Notes: generated from the letters alone by a model not told the origin. A DNA stretch of 64,000 nt from Klebsormidium nitens (GCA_000708835.1 DF237148.1:84556-148555); one strand, 5' to 3'; numbered from the stretch's first letter, positions 1-12,294 are shown. Made by a program: numbers and translations.

Positions 1-527
1 CATACAATCATTCTCTGAGACCGATATGTTGATTGCAGGTTAGATTTGACTTACGACACGCTCTAGCTGCAGGGCGACCGTCGCGCCGTTGCCCACAACC
101 AAACAATCACGAGATAAGCTAGGATCCAATTGGTGCAAAATTGTTCAGGCTCGCATCCAAACAAGGGGGTGGACTGATGGGAAGGAGGATTTGAACAGCT
201 GAGCGCTCTAGCTTCTCCAGATAACGCGTCAAGTGTGGGCGACCAGTTCGAGAGGTAAAATTGTGTCAGAATATCTTCAAGACCAGACCAAACGACCCAA
301 GACTAACCGTTAAAGCGGATTGAGTATCCAAGTAATGTCGTCCAGGATTATTTTGAATGCCTTCCCCGCCGCTACAGGTCTAACAATCTGTGGATGAATA
401 CCCGCCCTGCCGTGCAGTGTAATCGGGGCACCCTGGCTCCTCGGGTCCTCCTTGCAAACCCATGACACCCAAACCCGCTACAACCCGCAGAATGAACCAC
501 AAGAAACTTCAAGGCGTGCAACTCGAC

Positions 528-3219
528 TTATTTGTCAAACCAGAACTTCCTACAATTCTCAGCCCCGCACCGGCACTGCACCCGGCCGTCTGCCGTCGTG
601 TCCGCGGAGTTGAACGGCTGACCGGTGCCGTCGAGGAGATTGTAGTCCCACGTGAGCTCCTCGCCAATCTGGATGCGACGTTTCGCGCGCAGCAACGCGC
701 CCGGGGGACCGTCGTTCCCCCACGGGTTGTGCGGGGAACCGCACCTGATCATGACGAGGTCCAGGTTGCCGCCGTCACAGGAGTGGTTGAACTGCACAGG
801 ACGGCCAGAGACGGTTCGGTCAACACGCAACGAGAGATCCAATGCGTAGAAGCACAAATCAGACAAGATAACCGACGAGCGGCTTTTAAAGAACGTGCAG
901 ACTGCCCAACAGCTGCCTGCCTGATAAATGCAGGGCGCAAGACTCGACTGCAAGATACTTCTATTTCAAATCCAACCAGCAGTTTCAGGAAAGGATCCGG
1001 CAAAGGAACGCCCAAAACAGCAACGGAAGTTTCCTTCGGCGTCTGACTGCCTTCAGAAAGGCAGAGAGAGACTTAAAGTCCTTGACCGGCTTCAACCAAA
1101 AGCACTAAAGTCGGCCTGCACCGTTCTTTCTAATGGTGCGGAAGACCTGAAGCTTAGCCTTAATGTTGCAGGACCAGGATTATTGACAGAGTGGCCTGTA
1201 CGTTTGTCAATTTGAGTCCCTGTTTGATCCAATCTTGATTGACATCCGTACTCGTGGTCCTTATGAGAACTCGGAATCTGCCGGAACATGCTGAAAGCCG
1301 ACCGTCAAGCTGTCCGAGCGAAACAGAAGAGCAAGAAACACTTGATCCCCAATATGATCCTTCGCTATCAGGTATGACATTGTCAGGTTCAACGGACAAG
1401 CGCCCTCTACTCGTTACACCCTGAAAGTGAAAAACAAAAGCTACACCACGAGCGAGCCCTGGCGACTTACAAAGCGGGTGACATTCCCCGCCTGGGTCTG
1501 GTCCACAGAGTACTTGGGCGCCAGCTGGGTGACGTAGCAGGGCAGACGCCGCTGGCGATATGACACCTGGCGGTTCTCCAGGTCATCCTTGTGCACCACC
1601 TGTGACCCGGACGTCTTTGTTAGTTGAACCCTTTCAGGTTGGTCGAACGGGCTGTGGTGTGCCATTCACAGGCAACTCTGATCTCGTCATTGACGTAACC
1701 GCACAGCATCAATAAAGCAAAGCCGAGTAGATCCGCAGGCGCCCTTCTGGTCGTACTTGGATGAAAGCAGGAAATAACATGAGAGGAGTACAAGATGCGC
1801 AGAAACGCACATGCACCGGTCACGGATGAGCAGAATCTGCAACCCTGCGCAAACACGATCTCGGAACCTCCACCGTGCCCAACCAAAAGCAGTCAGCCTC
1901 TTCACTACTGCCTTGTCGGCAAAATCGAAGGGCAAACACCTCGCCACCAGGTTCTCAACAGCAAACGGCCCTCACCTCGCCGCACATCTCAGCGATGACG
2001 TCACCCGCCTGGATGACCTCCAGCGCGCGTGCCCCCAGACCCTTCGGCCCCGCGTCGCACACGCGGAGCCGCTTCAGCGCGCCTTTCTTCAGAAACCGGT
2101 CCGCAACGCACCCCTTCCCAAACTGCTCTTGCAGGTCCGCGTCCCGAGTGCATTTACACTTGCACTTGCACTTGGTCGCACACCGGCATTCGCGCGGGGT
2201 CCACTCCTTCCGCTCCCGCGGGACGCACAGGCACGCGCCGCGTTTCGTGGAATTAGGTCCCGGGATGATGCACTTACTGGAGCTGCACGGCACGTGGTTC
2301 GGGTACGAGTTCTCGGGCCAGTAGCGGAACATCTGCGCGTCGAGGCGCCGCTTCGCGGGGAGCTCCACCTCCACGTTCGGCTCGAAGAAAAACACCTCGA
2401 CATCCGCGAACGGTGAACCGCCCCCGTATAAAGCAGCCCCCGGATTGCTTGGCTCCGGACCTTGCTGAGGCGCCGTACCAGGTGCGTCGTCGTCTGTTTC
2501 TTCCTCCTGGTAACTCGATCCGGACGGCCTCCGTTCCGCCCAGCCGGCTGACGAAGACCGCTCCCTTTCGGACGCATCCCAACGCCTCTCAGACTCTCGG
2601 ACGTCCGCGACTCCGTCCGAACTTCCGGCCAATTCTTCCTCGCGCCCCGAGCCTCCGGAAGGGGGGGTCAAACGCCCGTTGAAAAAGGCATCGAGGGGCC
2701 CCCCGCGAAACGGCGCCTCCTCCTTCTGAATCATGTCCGTCACGTTCAACCTAGGCGCCGACTTCACCGCAAACACCGCCTTCCGCTTCGGCGCCGCGTT
2801 GCCGTTCCCCTCGCCACTCCTAGTTCTTTTCATCGCTCTCCCAATTGGCTCGTCGCTGCTCACGCCCCGCCCCTCTGCCGAAGAACCGCTGCAAGCCCCC
2901 CCCGGACTTCCCCCCATGCTTGCGCTCTCCGCCGTCTCCTCAACAATCCGCCTCCGCTTTCCCCCTGGCAACATTGCTTCCCCGTCTCTGCTCCGACTTC
3001 GCGCGCCACTCCCTCTCTCATGCTCCAAAGCTGGCTCGCACGTATCTTCGTCCGCGTCGGTTGCGCCCGGCCTGAAGGACAGCTCGGACGACGCGTTCCG
3101 CTCGACGGCGGGGCTTTCCGCCCCTGTGTTGGGTGGCGGCTCGCTGTTCTCGGGGAGGCGGATGGGCTCGGCCGGGGGGGTCGCACTAGGCTGCACGTCA
3201 ATATCCAGACCCGCGGCAT
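528..3219 (-). CDS. SET-domain lysine methyltransferase (Cys-rich pre-SET/AWS-like, SET, post-SET); exons 3219-1976, 1599-1471, 791-528; 5' end continues upstream
   Basis: Splicing at GT-AG sites gives contiguous SET motifs: GLGARALEVIQAGDVIAEMCGE|VVHKDDLENRQVSY...YVTQLAPKYSVDQTQAGNVTRF|FNHSCDGGN...GEELTWDY...CRCGAENCRK. Exon phases are consistent (1244, 129 and 264 nt). The exon at 3219 starts at an acceptor (ctcatgcAG), so an upstream exon is needed. Confidence 0.92.
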
Positions 3220-4250
3220 CTGCATGAGAATAGGAGGGCGATCTGTTTTCTGACTGCTCTCTAAGCTACGATGGAGGAAGTGTTGCCGACCAGAACGGGA
3301 CACAAGCAGTCGTCCTTCGAAAAGCGCCAAGGGTTCACGTGTTGCCTTTGGATTGCAGCGGAATCAAGCTCAACTGGAATCGGACTCCAATGTTCACTTT
3401 TCCGTGCTGGACCTGCGTCGGGCTTGAGAACGATCCGCTGTTTCAAAAACGTTGCAATCAGAGCCAGTAAGAAAGGAGCGAAGGACTGCCTCAAAGCAGA
3501 TCTTCGGTTCTGAGGATAAGTAATGGTAAATCTTGGATGCCAGAAGCAGATTCTCATGTTGTTAAAGAGGGAAATCCTAACCGTTGGTCTGGCAGTGGAG
3601 AGTCTTGGGCATTACATGCTGACAGTGGAGGCACCGACCGGCGCTTATCCCCTTGGAAGGGCTGCATGCGTAAACCAAAAAGAGCCGTCCCCAGGGTTTC
3701 CACCAGGGAGAACCAAAAGTAAAAATGCTTTCCGTGAATGTATTTAGATGATGCACTCAGAGTGCTGCACACGTTTGCAAGATTGTAAGATTTCTCAGAA
3801 AGAGACCTGTTGATTTGTATTCTGTTGCTGCCTGCAGATTGGTTGCCCTTTCCTTCTTGCTCCGATGTTGCCGTTTGCATTGCTGTTCACTAAAGACGCT
3901 GCAGTTTGCATTGCTATATACTGTAGATTTCAACAGTCGGCAAAGTGCTTGAGCGTGTCACTAGCTGGAGCGTCGGCGAAAACTAGAACAGAATGTTGAA
4001 CCAGGTACCGACAGACTTAATAATAAGGATACGTCTTCTGAAGCAAGACCTGTCCCTGACGCCTGACGGCAAGGACAAAGAATGATAACCCTGTTCATGC
4101 ACTCGTTTCTTGCCTGGATCCGACGGAGTAAACATAAGTCCACCAACTGGTTCCTGCATTCCTGGTACCTCAGCTTTCGTATCATCCTGGCCAATTTGAG
4201 CAACGACTTTTCGAAAAGGAAGAGAACCAGCAAGGCCCCAAGAATCTCAC

Positions 4251-7079
4251 CAGCAGGCAGCTCTTCTCTCAGCCCCGCTACCTCCCGTTTCAACCCCCGC
4301 ACCAGCTCCAGCAGATCCACCGCCGTGTCACACGCGTTGAGGCGCCGCTCCCAGCGCCGCCAGAACCCGGGCCGGTCCACTACCTCCGTCGCAACCGACT
4401 TGGGCAGCCATCCCAGAAAGTTCCTCAGCTGGTTGAGCGTTCCCGCCGACCGGACACCCTCCCACTTGTCCGCCCACTGCCCTTTCTTCGGCCCCCGGTA
4501 CGAGCTCAGCAGATCGTCCCCGAGCGCCGCGAGCTCCCTGCGAACAACCACCGGGAGGAGCACCGGCCGACTTCTCCCCCGCTCTAGTTCCCCGTCGTCC
4601 CGCTTCTTCAGGATCGTGCGCCCCTGCATGACGCTCGGCTTCTGCGGAATCGTTGCAAACACCTTCCCCCGGCCGACTTCTGCGCCGCCGACCCCCGGGC
4701 CGCCGCCGGCCCTCTTCTGCGCCTCAACGCTACTGAAGAAGTTACCCGAACCCAGCTTCGATCTCGAGGGTTTGAGAGTTTTCCTCTCGTTTCCAGGCGG
4801 GCCTACATTGCTTGTTTCCCCCAGGGCTCGGTAATCAGTGGCACACTTGCCTGCGGTGTAACCACTCGCGCCTGCTGTTCCAGACACCGTGCCGGGAAAC
4901 GCGGAATCCTCCTCGCGGACTCCGTCAGATGCCGCCGCTGCCGCCCAAGCGTCTGCTGATCCTGACCCTATAGCATCAGCGCCGTCGTGCTCCTGGGCTG
5001 CGACCCCAAGGCTTCCGCTTTCCAGTACTTCCCGTGTCACAATTGGGGGGGTGCTTCTGTCTGTCCCGCCTCCACCTGAGGACTGCCCGCCTGGCAAGAG
5101 CGGCTCGGCTGTTTCTTCCCTCGGGCCTGTCCCCCCAACGCTTCCAGCAGACCCATCCCTACTAGGCCCAGGGTCTGAATTGCGCCCCTTGCTTCCGCTG
5201 GAAGTTGGCCGTTCAGCTGCCACGTCCGAAACCGTCGGACGCTCCCCGCTTCCCAAACAGTCAGATCGTCCGGCATCTTGGCCCGGCACTGGTTCCCAAT
5301 CATCATTGCAAGTTCCCGCCCCAAACTCTGCCTTGTTTGCGCGACTTTCTCTGATGGATCCGTGGTGTGTTGGTGATGGCACACGCCTTTCCGCCTGCTC
5401 GCGTGTCTCTCGCAATCGGTCAGAGAAGCTTGCGCGGCGGCTCTCCATCCTCCCCCTCTTCGCCAGCCTGTCCGAACTGTCACCACCCACGGGCCGCTTG
5501 ACAGACCCCGAACTCCCCTTCCCTGTGGCCAGCTTTTCCAGCCTTTCCAGCCTGGGCTTTGCAAACTCCAGAAACTCTGCTGACGTCCGGCCACCATACA
5601 GCGTCGGGGGCACGTCATCAGGCCCAAGCTCCACATTCAGACCATCCCTCCACATCTCCTCATCCCCTCGGCTATGATGTCTTGCCCGCTCTGCGCTCTC
5701 CCCTGCGCCACCCGTTGCCCTTGTTCGTTCTTCAACCCTCTCCCGCCGTTGCCTTACCCCTTCAGCCGTCTCCTCTCTAGCGCTGGCCACCCGCTCTGCT
5801 TCCCCTTGCGCCACGTTAGATTGCCTCTCCTCGCCCCTCCGATGGCTCCACCCCCCGCTGCCTTCCCCTGCAACACCCGGGTTCTCACCCTCATCATCGT
5901 CCAAAGCGACAACGTCCGCCTCGCGAGCCCTTTCCTGCGCTTCCCGCCTGTTTGCAGCGCGCTTCGCTCTCAGCCGCTCCGCTCGATCCACTTTCGCCCG
6001 CCTCTCTTTCTCATCCTCCTCGTCACTGCTCAGATCCACAACCAGCCGCGTTTTAAGTGGCCCCCCCTTTTCCCGCGTCTCTTTTCTGCCTAGGGAAAAG
6101 CCCTTACCGCCAGCAGCCTCCTCCATCTCAGGTTCAGTCTCTGCTGCTCCATCCTCCTTCTCCGGCTCCTTCATGTCACCAGAAATGCCCCCCACATCAG
6201 CAGCGTTCCCTGTCCCTACGACCCTCGCTGTCTCTCCCTCTTCTTCCCCCCTCGTCTCAGCTTCTTCTCCACCGCCCGAAGTCACACCCACATCAACAGC
6301 CGCCCCACTTCCTTCACACCCGTTTGCCTCCACCTCTTCCTCAAAGTCTAGATCAATCACCATGCGAGAAACCGCCCCAACCTTCTCTACCCCCTCCGAA
6401 ACCGAGTCAACACCCTTTCCCCCCTTCTCTTGCCCGGCAGGAGGCAACTCGTCTTTCTCCCCCACACGCTGCACCTCCAAAGACTCGCCGCTGTCGTCTT
6501 CAACCCTGTGCTTCCCTTTCCGCCGTCTCTCTGCTTCGTATCTCGCAGAGCTCCCCCCCGAAGCAGTGCTACCCTCTGCAACCCCCTGAGCATCCCCCCT
6601 TTCATCACCTCCCCCTTCGCCCTCCCTTTCCTCTCCCCTCCTTTACCCCNCTCTCCCCTCCTACTCCCACTCNCCTCTCTGCCGTCCTTCCCCCGTGTCC
6701 AGGCAACGGTCATCCGTTGCGACACCAGTCGCTGCCTCTCGNNNNNNNNNNNNNNNNNNNNCCTATCCCCACCTGCCTCTCTGCCGTCTTCCCCCCCGTT
6801 GTCCCAGGCAAAGGCATCCGTTGTCGGCAACCAGTCGCTGTCCTCTCTTTGAAACAATCTGGTGCGAACTGCAGCTCTCTGAGGCTGTGCCACTCTCTGA
6901 GGCATCCGCGCCGGACTCAGACTCCTCCTGACGTCCACTTCTGGAACATCTGGGACTAGGTTATTTATCAACTTTTCGATCTCAGCATCTAGCACAGGGT
7001 CTGGGGCCCTCGTGTCGTTGCTTCCGGAAGACAATGCGGGACGTGCCCTAAGGGGCCTGTAAGGAGACTCAACATCCAT
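4251..7079 (-). CDS. About 2.8-kb coding exon: long acidic/low-complexity region plus C-terminal Trp-containing helical repeat (WHIM3/WSD-like); probable first coding exon of the SET gene
   Basis: ORFs 6387-7079 and 3961-6480 join across the N gap. ATG at 7079 lies downstream of an acceptor near 7197; donor GTGAG at 4250. C-terminus is ...WADKWEGVRSAGTLNQLRNFLGWLPKSV...FWRRWERRLNACDTAVDLLELVRGLKREV. Domain assignment is by eye. Confidence 0.7.
6650..6847. other. Scaffold gap (20 N at 6742-6761, single N at 6650 and 6673) flanked by near-duplicate ~70-bp sequences
   Basis: 6674-6740 closely resembles 6776-6847, as expected for overlapping low-quality contig ends. Confidence 0.8.
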
Positions 7080-8039
7080 CGTACTGTGCGCGTTGAGACC
7101 TCTGAGTCTTCGTCACAAGGCCTTCTCGGAGGTTACCGAGATGCTGCCACTGCTCGAGTGCGTTGCATGGCATCCAGGGGGTTCAGCGCACAGACCTGTA
7201 AAGCAATAAAATGTTTTAGTAGCTGATACGCCAGGCAACTCTTGCGACATCAATTCTTTAACCAATGCAATTGAGCCCTTTTAACATCACCTCTGGTGGA
7301 AGTACAATTCAAGCCCGTGAACCTCTATGTTTCGCATGAGCAATATAAGCAAAGAACATGAGCCAACAGTTTCAGGGGCTCAGGTTCCTCCTTGACAGTA
7401 CTGCCCCCAATCTGCCAGTGTTTTTAAAGTGTTACACAGACAGTTCAGGGCTCTTCTGTCAGCGATATTGTCGTCCTTATCTCTTGACTTTCACAAAGTG
7501 AAGGGTAACTTTCGCAGCCAAGGGTAACTCAGCCTCCAGCTAGCAAGTGGATATACCAAAACCAAGGATGTGGTTTCTGGAAGTTCCTTTCCTGCATTCA
7601 AATCAGGTGATCCTTCCAAGTAACCTGTCAATCCTGCAACTCGAAAGCGCAACCAGCTCGTAACCACTCAGAGTTCAGCAATGGCCGTCGTGACCAGTTC
7701 TATGAGCCTGCCCACAATAAACAGGCTGGCTCTTACCTCTTTTACCCTGCATGTCCCCACATTATCTTCATCCTTCCATGTTGCGGCACAGCAGAGAGGC
7801 CTGCGCTTCAAACGCGCCGCAGAAGGCCCTCAAGTGCTTAATAATAGCACATCTGGACACCAAGGCCTTCTATCACTGCCAGAAACACGAACTAATATGT
7901 GCAAGAGCGCGCCACAGCTGGGCATGAGCCCCCCTGCACTGCTCTGAGTCTTTGCAAATGCAGAGAGCCTGTGTTCAGCTGGGACAGAGTACGTACACAT
8001 GAATATTCTACCAATTCCTAAAACACCGTTTCGACGTTA

Positions 8040-8240
8040 CAGCTGAGACTTTTTTATCGAGGTTCGGCGGCTTCGATTCGAAGTACTCAAAGTCGCTACA
8101 GCCTGCGTTTTACAGTAAAGGTCGTAGCAGCGTCGAAAGTCTGGGACGGGACAGAATCACTTTTGCTCGGCGTCGAACTTCGACACTCACTAAGCTCGAA
8201 AGAAATTGCTCGAACAAATCCGCTGATTAATTTTCACAGT
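8040..8240. promoter_or_regulatory. Conserved TCGA-rich block in the divergent SET/ANKZF1 promoter (second copy ~15580-15790)
   Basis: Both copies retain gtagcagcgtcgaaagtc, ttgctcggcgtcgaacttcgac (GTCGAA-c-TTCGAC palindrome) and ttcgattcgaagt, about 80-280 bp upstream of the ANKZF1 ATG. Confidence 0.45.
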
Positions 8241-8316
8241 CGTCCCTTCTCCTCCATGGTGCATACGCAGCAGATAGCAGGCTGTCTCATGCATGGCCCA
8301 GCATCGTCTCCCAACA

Positions 8317-9215
8317 ATGGCGCCCAAAGCTGCTGTTCCCAGGGCTTCAGAGCAAGCGGTTCCTGGTGACATCTTCCAGCTGACTCACAGCTTTCTAAGC
8401 GGTGTTGCTGTGTTTGAGCCGAGAGGGATCAGCGAGGATCAAACATGCGTCACTTTTGACGCAGAGTCGCAGACGTTCAATGCCAACCAATGAGACTGGG
8501 GGAAGGCTCGGTGGTGCAGACTCTGCCAAAAGCTCAGCTGCTTAGAATCATAAGCTGCTGGAGTCTGCAGTGGTGTTGGAGAATGCGCCTCGTGATCAGC
8601 AAGAAGCACAGGAGTCCACTTCTAAGGAAGTTACAAGCGATGGTCACGAGTCACGCAAAATGGTGATTTGAAGGGGGTCACAGGGGCAGGTCAGGAGAAA
8701 GGCGAAGAGAAGGGCGCGGAGATGGGCAAGTGGTCGTGCATTGGTTGTGGGAAGGTCGCCTTTGAATCCTTGGAGGAGCAGCGGGCACACTATCGGTCTG
8801 ATTGACATCGTCTGAATGTGAGTGGAAGGGGACGAACTGTTCAGCATCCTGTGGCACAATAGTAGCCTGTGGTAAATCTTCGCTAGGTTGCTGTAGCAAT
8901 GATGGAAACATATCAGAACTATGGTGGCATTAAGTAGGCCAGGTCTGTCATTTTCAGACTGATCACATAGTGGTGGTTGTTTGCGAAACTTTACGAGACC
9001 AGCAAAGCATGTACATATGCAGAACCTGTTTTCTCAAAGCTCATACACCATCAAGCGTGTCCACATCTTCTCACCAGGTGAAGCGCCGCCTTGGTCATAA
9101 GGACCCTCTTTCTCTGGAGAGTTTTGAGTCGATGGTAGAAGAGGGGCCGAACAGCGACATTGAGAGCATATCTGGCTCGGAAAGTGAGGACGAAGCTGAA
9201 AGAAGCGGGGCAAAG
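8317..9215 (+). pseudogene. ANKZF1: ANKZF1/Vms1 5' pseudogene (exons 1-2 only)
   Basis: Paralog of 15879-16775. It has a frameshift near 8470-8490, TAG at 8543-8545 (CCG in the intact copy) and TGA at 8803-8805 (SDW to SD* in the C2H2 finger). Homology ends at ~9470. Confidence 0.9.
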
Positions 9216-9743
9216 GTGGGTGCTAGCACTATATGGTCAGTCAGTGTGGCGTGGTTACAAAGGCCTGCAATCATGTTTGCGCACGTATCAAATGTTCTGC
9301 AGATTGTGTAATCTAGGATATACGACATTGGACTTTTCGACTCAGGCATGGCCTCCAAAAGGCTGCGTCGAGTGGCCTTGTTGCTGTTCAAGGTTTGACA
9401 GAGGCGACATGACTCAGTTGTCTCCTGCTTCACCTTTGAATTTCACTTTTGAGAGGGTTGCTCTCCAGCCATCCTTATCTGATCTGGTCTAACATCAGGG
9501 TTTTTCACTTTCAAGGATTCCCTCCTGACCTGCCTCTGTTGATCAGCCCTTTTAGCTGCAGGCGCACAATGGAGAAGCAACCGGTTCTTGTGATTCTGAT
9601 TCAGATTGCACTGGCTAGTCGGCTTCTGTTTCTAGCTCTTCGCATCCAAGATAAACTTGCTGTGTCCTTTGAAGTTTCGGGGCCACTAATCTGGTACATT
9701 TGCCTTGTTTTCATTTGCTGTTGATCAATGATAGCCTCTGCAG

Positions 9744-10994
9744 ATTGATGCCAGCAGAGAAGGGCCCACAACCTCGAGTACTGATGCCAAGAAGCCGAGC
9801 ATGACACCATCTGAGGGGGGCAGCGGGGGGATCAAGAGCCCAACCGAGCTGGGTATGAATATCTACTGCCCCTTTCTTTGTAGTATTGACGCTGCGCCCA
9901 CGTTGAGCCTTAAAACCCTTCTGCTGCCTGACATCTCAAACTTTCCAGAATGCATTGAAAAACAGGAGTGCAAGCCAGCATTGAAAGTATCTACATCTAC
10001 ACCTACAGCTGAGTCCTGTTCAAGAAGCAAGCAGTAGAATTTCGAAGCAGTAAAAATGTGTCACGCTGTCCGCTACTTTCAAGGCCCTGACGCTGGCCCC
10101 AGAGTTGGTCATTTAAAGGGATGAGGTTCTCCAGTAGCAGTAGGTTGACTGCTGGTTATTCCTTTCAGGGGAAAAGAATCCGTCCACCAGCGATCCCAAA
10201 GAGGTCACTAGGTACCGCAAAATGACTCGGGCTGATTTTCCAAGGAGGTGGCCCCGCAACCTGCCGTTCGAGGACGAGGCGGAGTACGACAAGTACGTCG
10301 CGAAGTTCATTGGAGTGGAGTAAGTTACTTCTCATAACAAATTATACTGCTGACACATGTGTACCCATACTGCACATCGCAGCCTCTTCAGGGCTTTGCC
10401 TTTTGTTGTTTCCATCCCTCAAGTGCCTAGAAGTGTTGAAAGGAGGCTGTAAGCTGAGCTACTCAAGTAAGGTGCGTGGGCCACTCATTTGTTATGGGCA
10501 ACATGCTGAGGTTTTTCCGGATCTGGTTTGACGAGCAGACATTGTGCCATGGTGTTGGGCTGGGGAAGTGGATGTGTTTGAAATTGCAAGTAGCAGAAAT
10601 TCTTTGGTACGCTTTGAAATCAATGGGTTGCCGAAGGTCATCATGACTTGTCCATCGAGTGCCCACCACTTTATGTTGACAATAGTGTATTCGCTCTCTG
10701 GAGGAGGGCACATCAAAGGGTTGTGGGAGTGAGCGTTGTCTTGAAACTCATTGCATGGCATCAGATCGATCCAAGAAGAAGGAACCTTCTCATAGGGCTA
10801 ATGTTGAAAATTTGTCTTGTTTCGAATGAATCTACACAGCTCGTTTTACAGCTCTTCGCTTATTACAGTCAATCAAAAACTTATTTGTTGTTTGCAGATT
10901 TCCCATGACAGACAAGAAGAATGAAGAGGCTAGGAAGGTTGGCTTTCGGGACCGCGTACACGAGCTGGCTATGCGACTCCTTGATGAAAGGTAA
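9744..10994 (+). CDS. Hypothetical multi-exon protein; exons 9744-9852, 10169-10319, 10539-10728, 10898-10994
   Basis: Good AG/GT boundaries and protein-like frames (EKNPSTSDPKEVTRYRKMTRADFPRRWPRNLPFEDEAEYDKYVAKF; ...GGGHIKGLWEFPMTDKKNEEARKVGFRDRVHELAMRLLDER). Phases fit except between exons 2 and 3. No family recognised. Confidence 0.45.
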
Positions 10995-12294
10995 TGCTGT
11001 CTACACAGGACCAGCGTGAGAGAATGCAAGATGGCTTTTGCTTGTGGGCATCTTAACCTTGTGCGGAGTAGTCTGTAACTTGAATCGACCAATAGACATC
11101 TTGAGTGGTTGTTGGCATTTGATGCCGCATACAAGCCTTTCAAAGATTTAGTTTGAAGTGTACATTTTGAAAGTTTACTAAGATGCAAAAAATGTACATA
11201 TTGATCTTTACAAAGATGCAAATCTTGTAACAGTCGAGACATACTGCTAGGCTGATCTCAATTAGCTAAACGCGTAGACCTCGTTACTTCATGAGCCTTA
11301 GAGCAATTTAGGTCACTGGGTAGCCTATCAGTTGACCCGCAGCAAACCTAGCCCCCCGCCCCAATCTGTACAGCTTCCGGTCAGTGGTTGTGTAGGATTC
11401 CCTGCAATTGGATGCATGGAAGCTCGTGCCTAACTACTGACGTTAGTGATGAATAATCACAATACTGATGTACCAATCAACCTGCCGCGGCCGCCCGCCA
11501 ATCTACACTGTCAAAGCAACTGCAGTCACTAATTTACGTTCATGTGCCCGACTTTTGGTCCAGTTGTGTGCCAAATAGTCAACGCGACCATGCGGCGTTT
11601 GCTGCACAAGATGCCGCAGATCATGCACGAATCATATGCAGCCATGGCTGCATGAGACCTATGATTATAGATAATTGCATGTATACAAATACGTACAACA
11701 ATCATCCATGGTGGCCGGCGGCCAACACCATTTGATACCTATAATTTATGTGTTCAATAATTCATGCATCTATGCAGCTGGTATATGTACGTCTATCTAG
11801 GATCGTCTTTGAATGATCGCGCAGGTGTGTAAGGTGCCACGAGGGCCCTTCAGTGTAATGCTCGATCAGACATACATCAACTCATAATTGATTCAAGTAA
11901 TCAATCATTGCTGCAAAAACGGGTCATTCTGTCCATGATCAAAGCATGGTGTTTAAACACTCATACAAAGTTGGCTGTCTTCACTGTCTCGGACCTTCAT
12001 GGCAAGCAATCAGAGTCCAGATGAAAGGAGACAATGTATGCGTAAGTACTTGCTTGACTCTTAAGGGGCCGCATGCGCTCGTACAGCTCACGGCTGCCCT
12101 CAAAACTTGAGTTTACAAGTTGACACTGCTATCGCTTTGTTCCATCCGGCCCTTCCATGTATGCATCATTTTGTGACCCGACCAATCTCTTTAATGACAT
12201 GCTACGCTACAACATAGAAACAGACATCATTCCAGCACAACGAACACCTCAGGCCTCGAGGCCGGGCCGCTCCTTTACTCCTAGAAATGCTACA

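Larger units (their letters stand above)
2817..9470 (+). repeat. Segmental duplication copy 1: 2817-3680 matches 14180-15035 and ~7500-9470 matches ~15040-17010
   Basis: Direct colinear similarity seen by eye in exons, introns and intergenic DNA; segment ~3685-7500 has no counterpart in copy 2. Confidence 0.92.

Noticed and set aside
462-1046. 194-aa plus-strand ORF
   Set aside because: Antisense shadow of the last SET exon and its intron.
4082-6959. Several long plus-strand ORFs (250, 262 and 300 aa)
   Set aside because: Antisense shadows of the GC-rich 2.8-kb exon; low-complexity translations.
3685-7500. Segment absent from copy 2, considered as a retroelement/gag-like insertion
   Set aside because: No LTR, TIR, target-site duplication, RT or zinc knuckle seen. 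Its splice signals fit a host exon deleted from copy 2.
10991-11008. 18-nt GT...AG that would extend the unknown gene in frame to 11078
   Set aside because: Too short for introns in this genome; probably coincidental.
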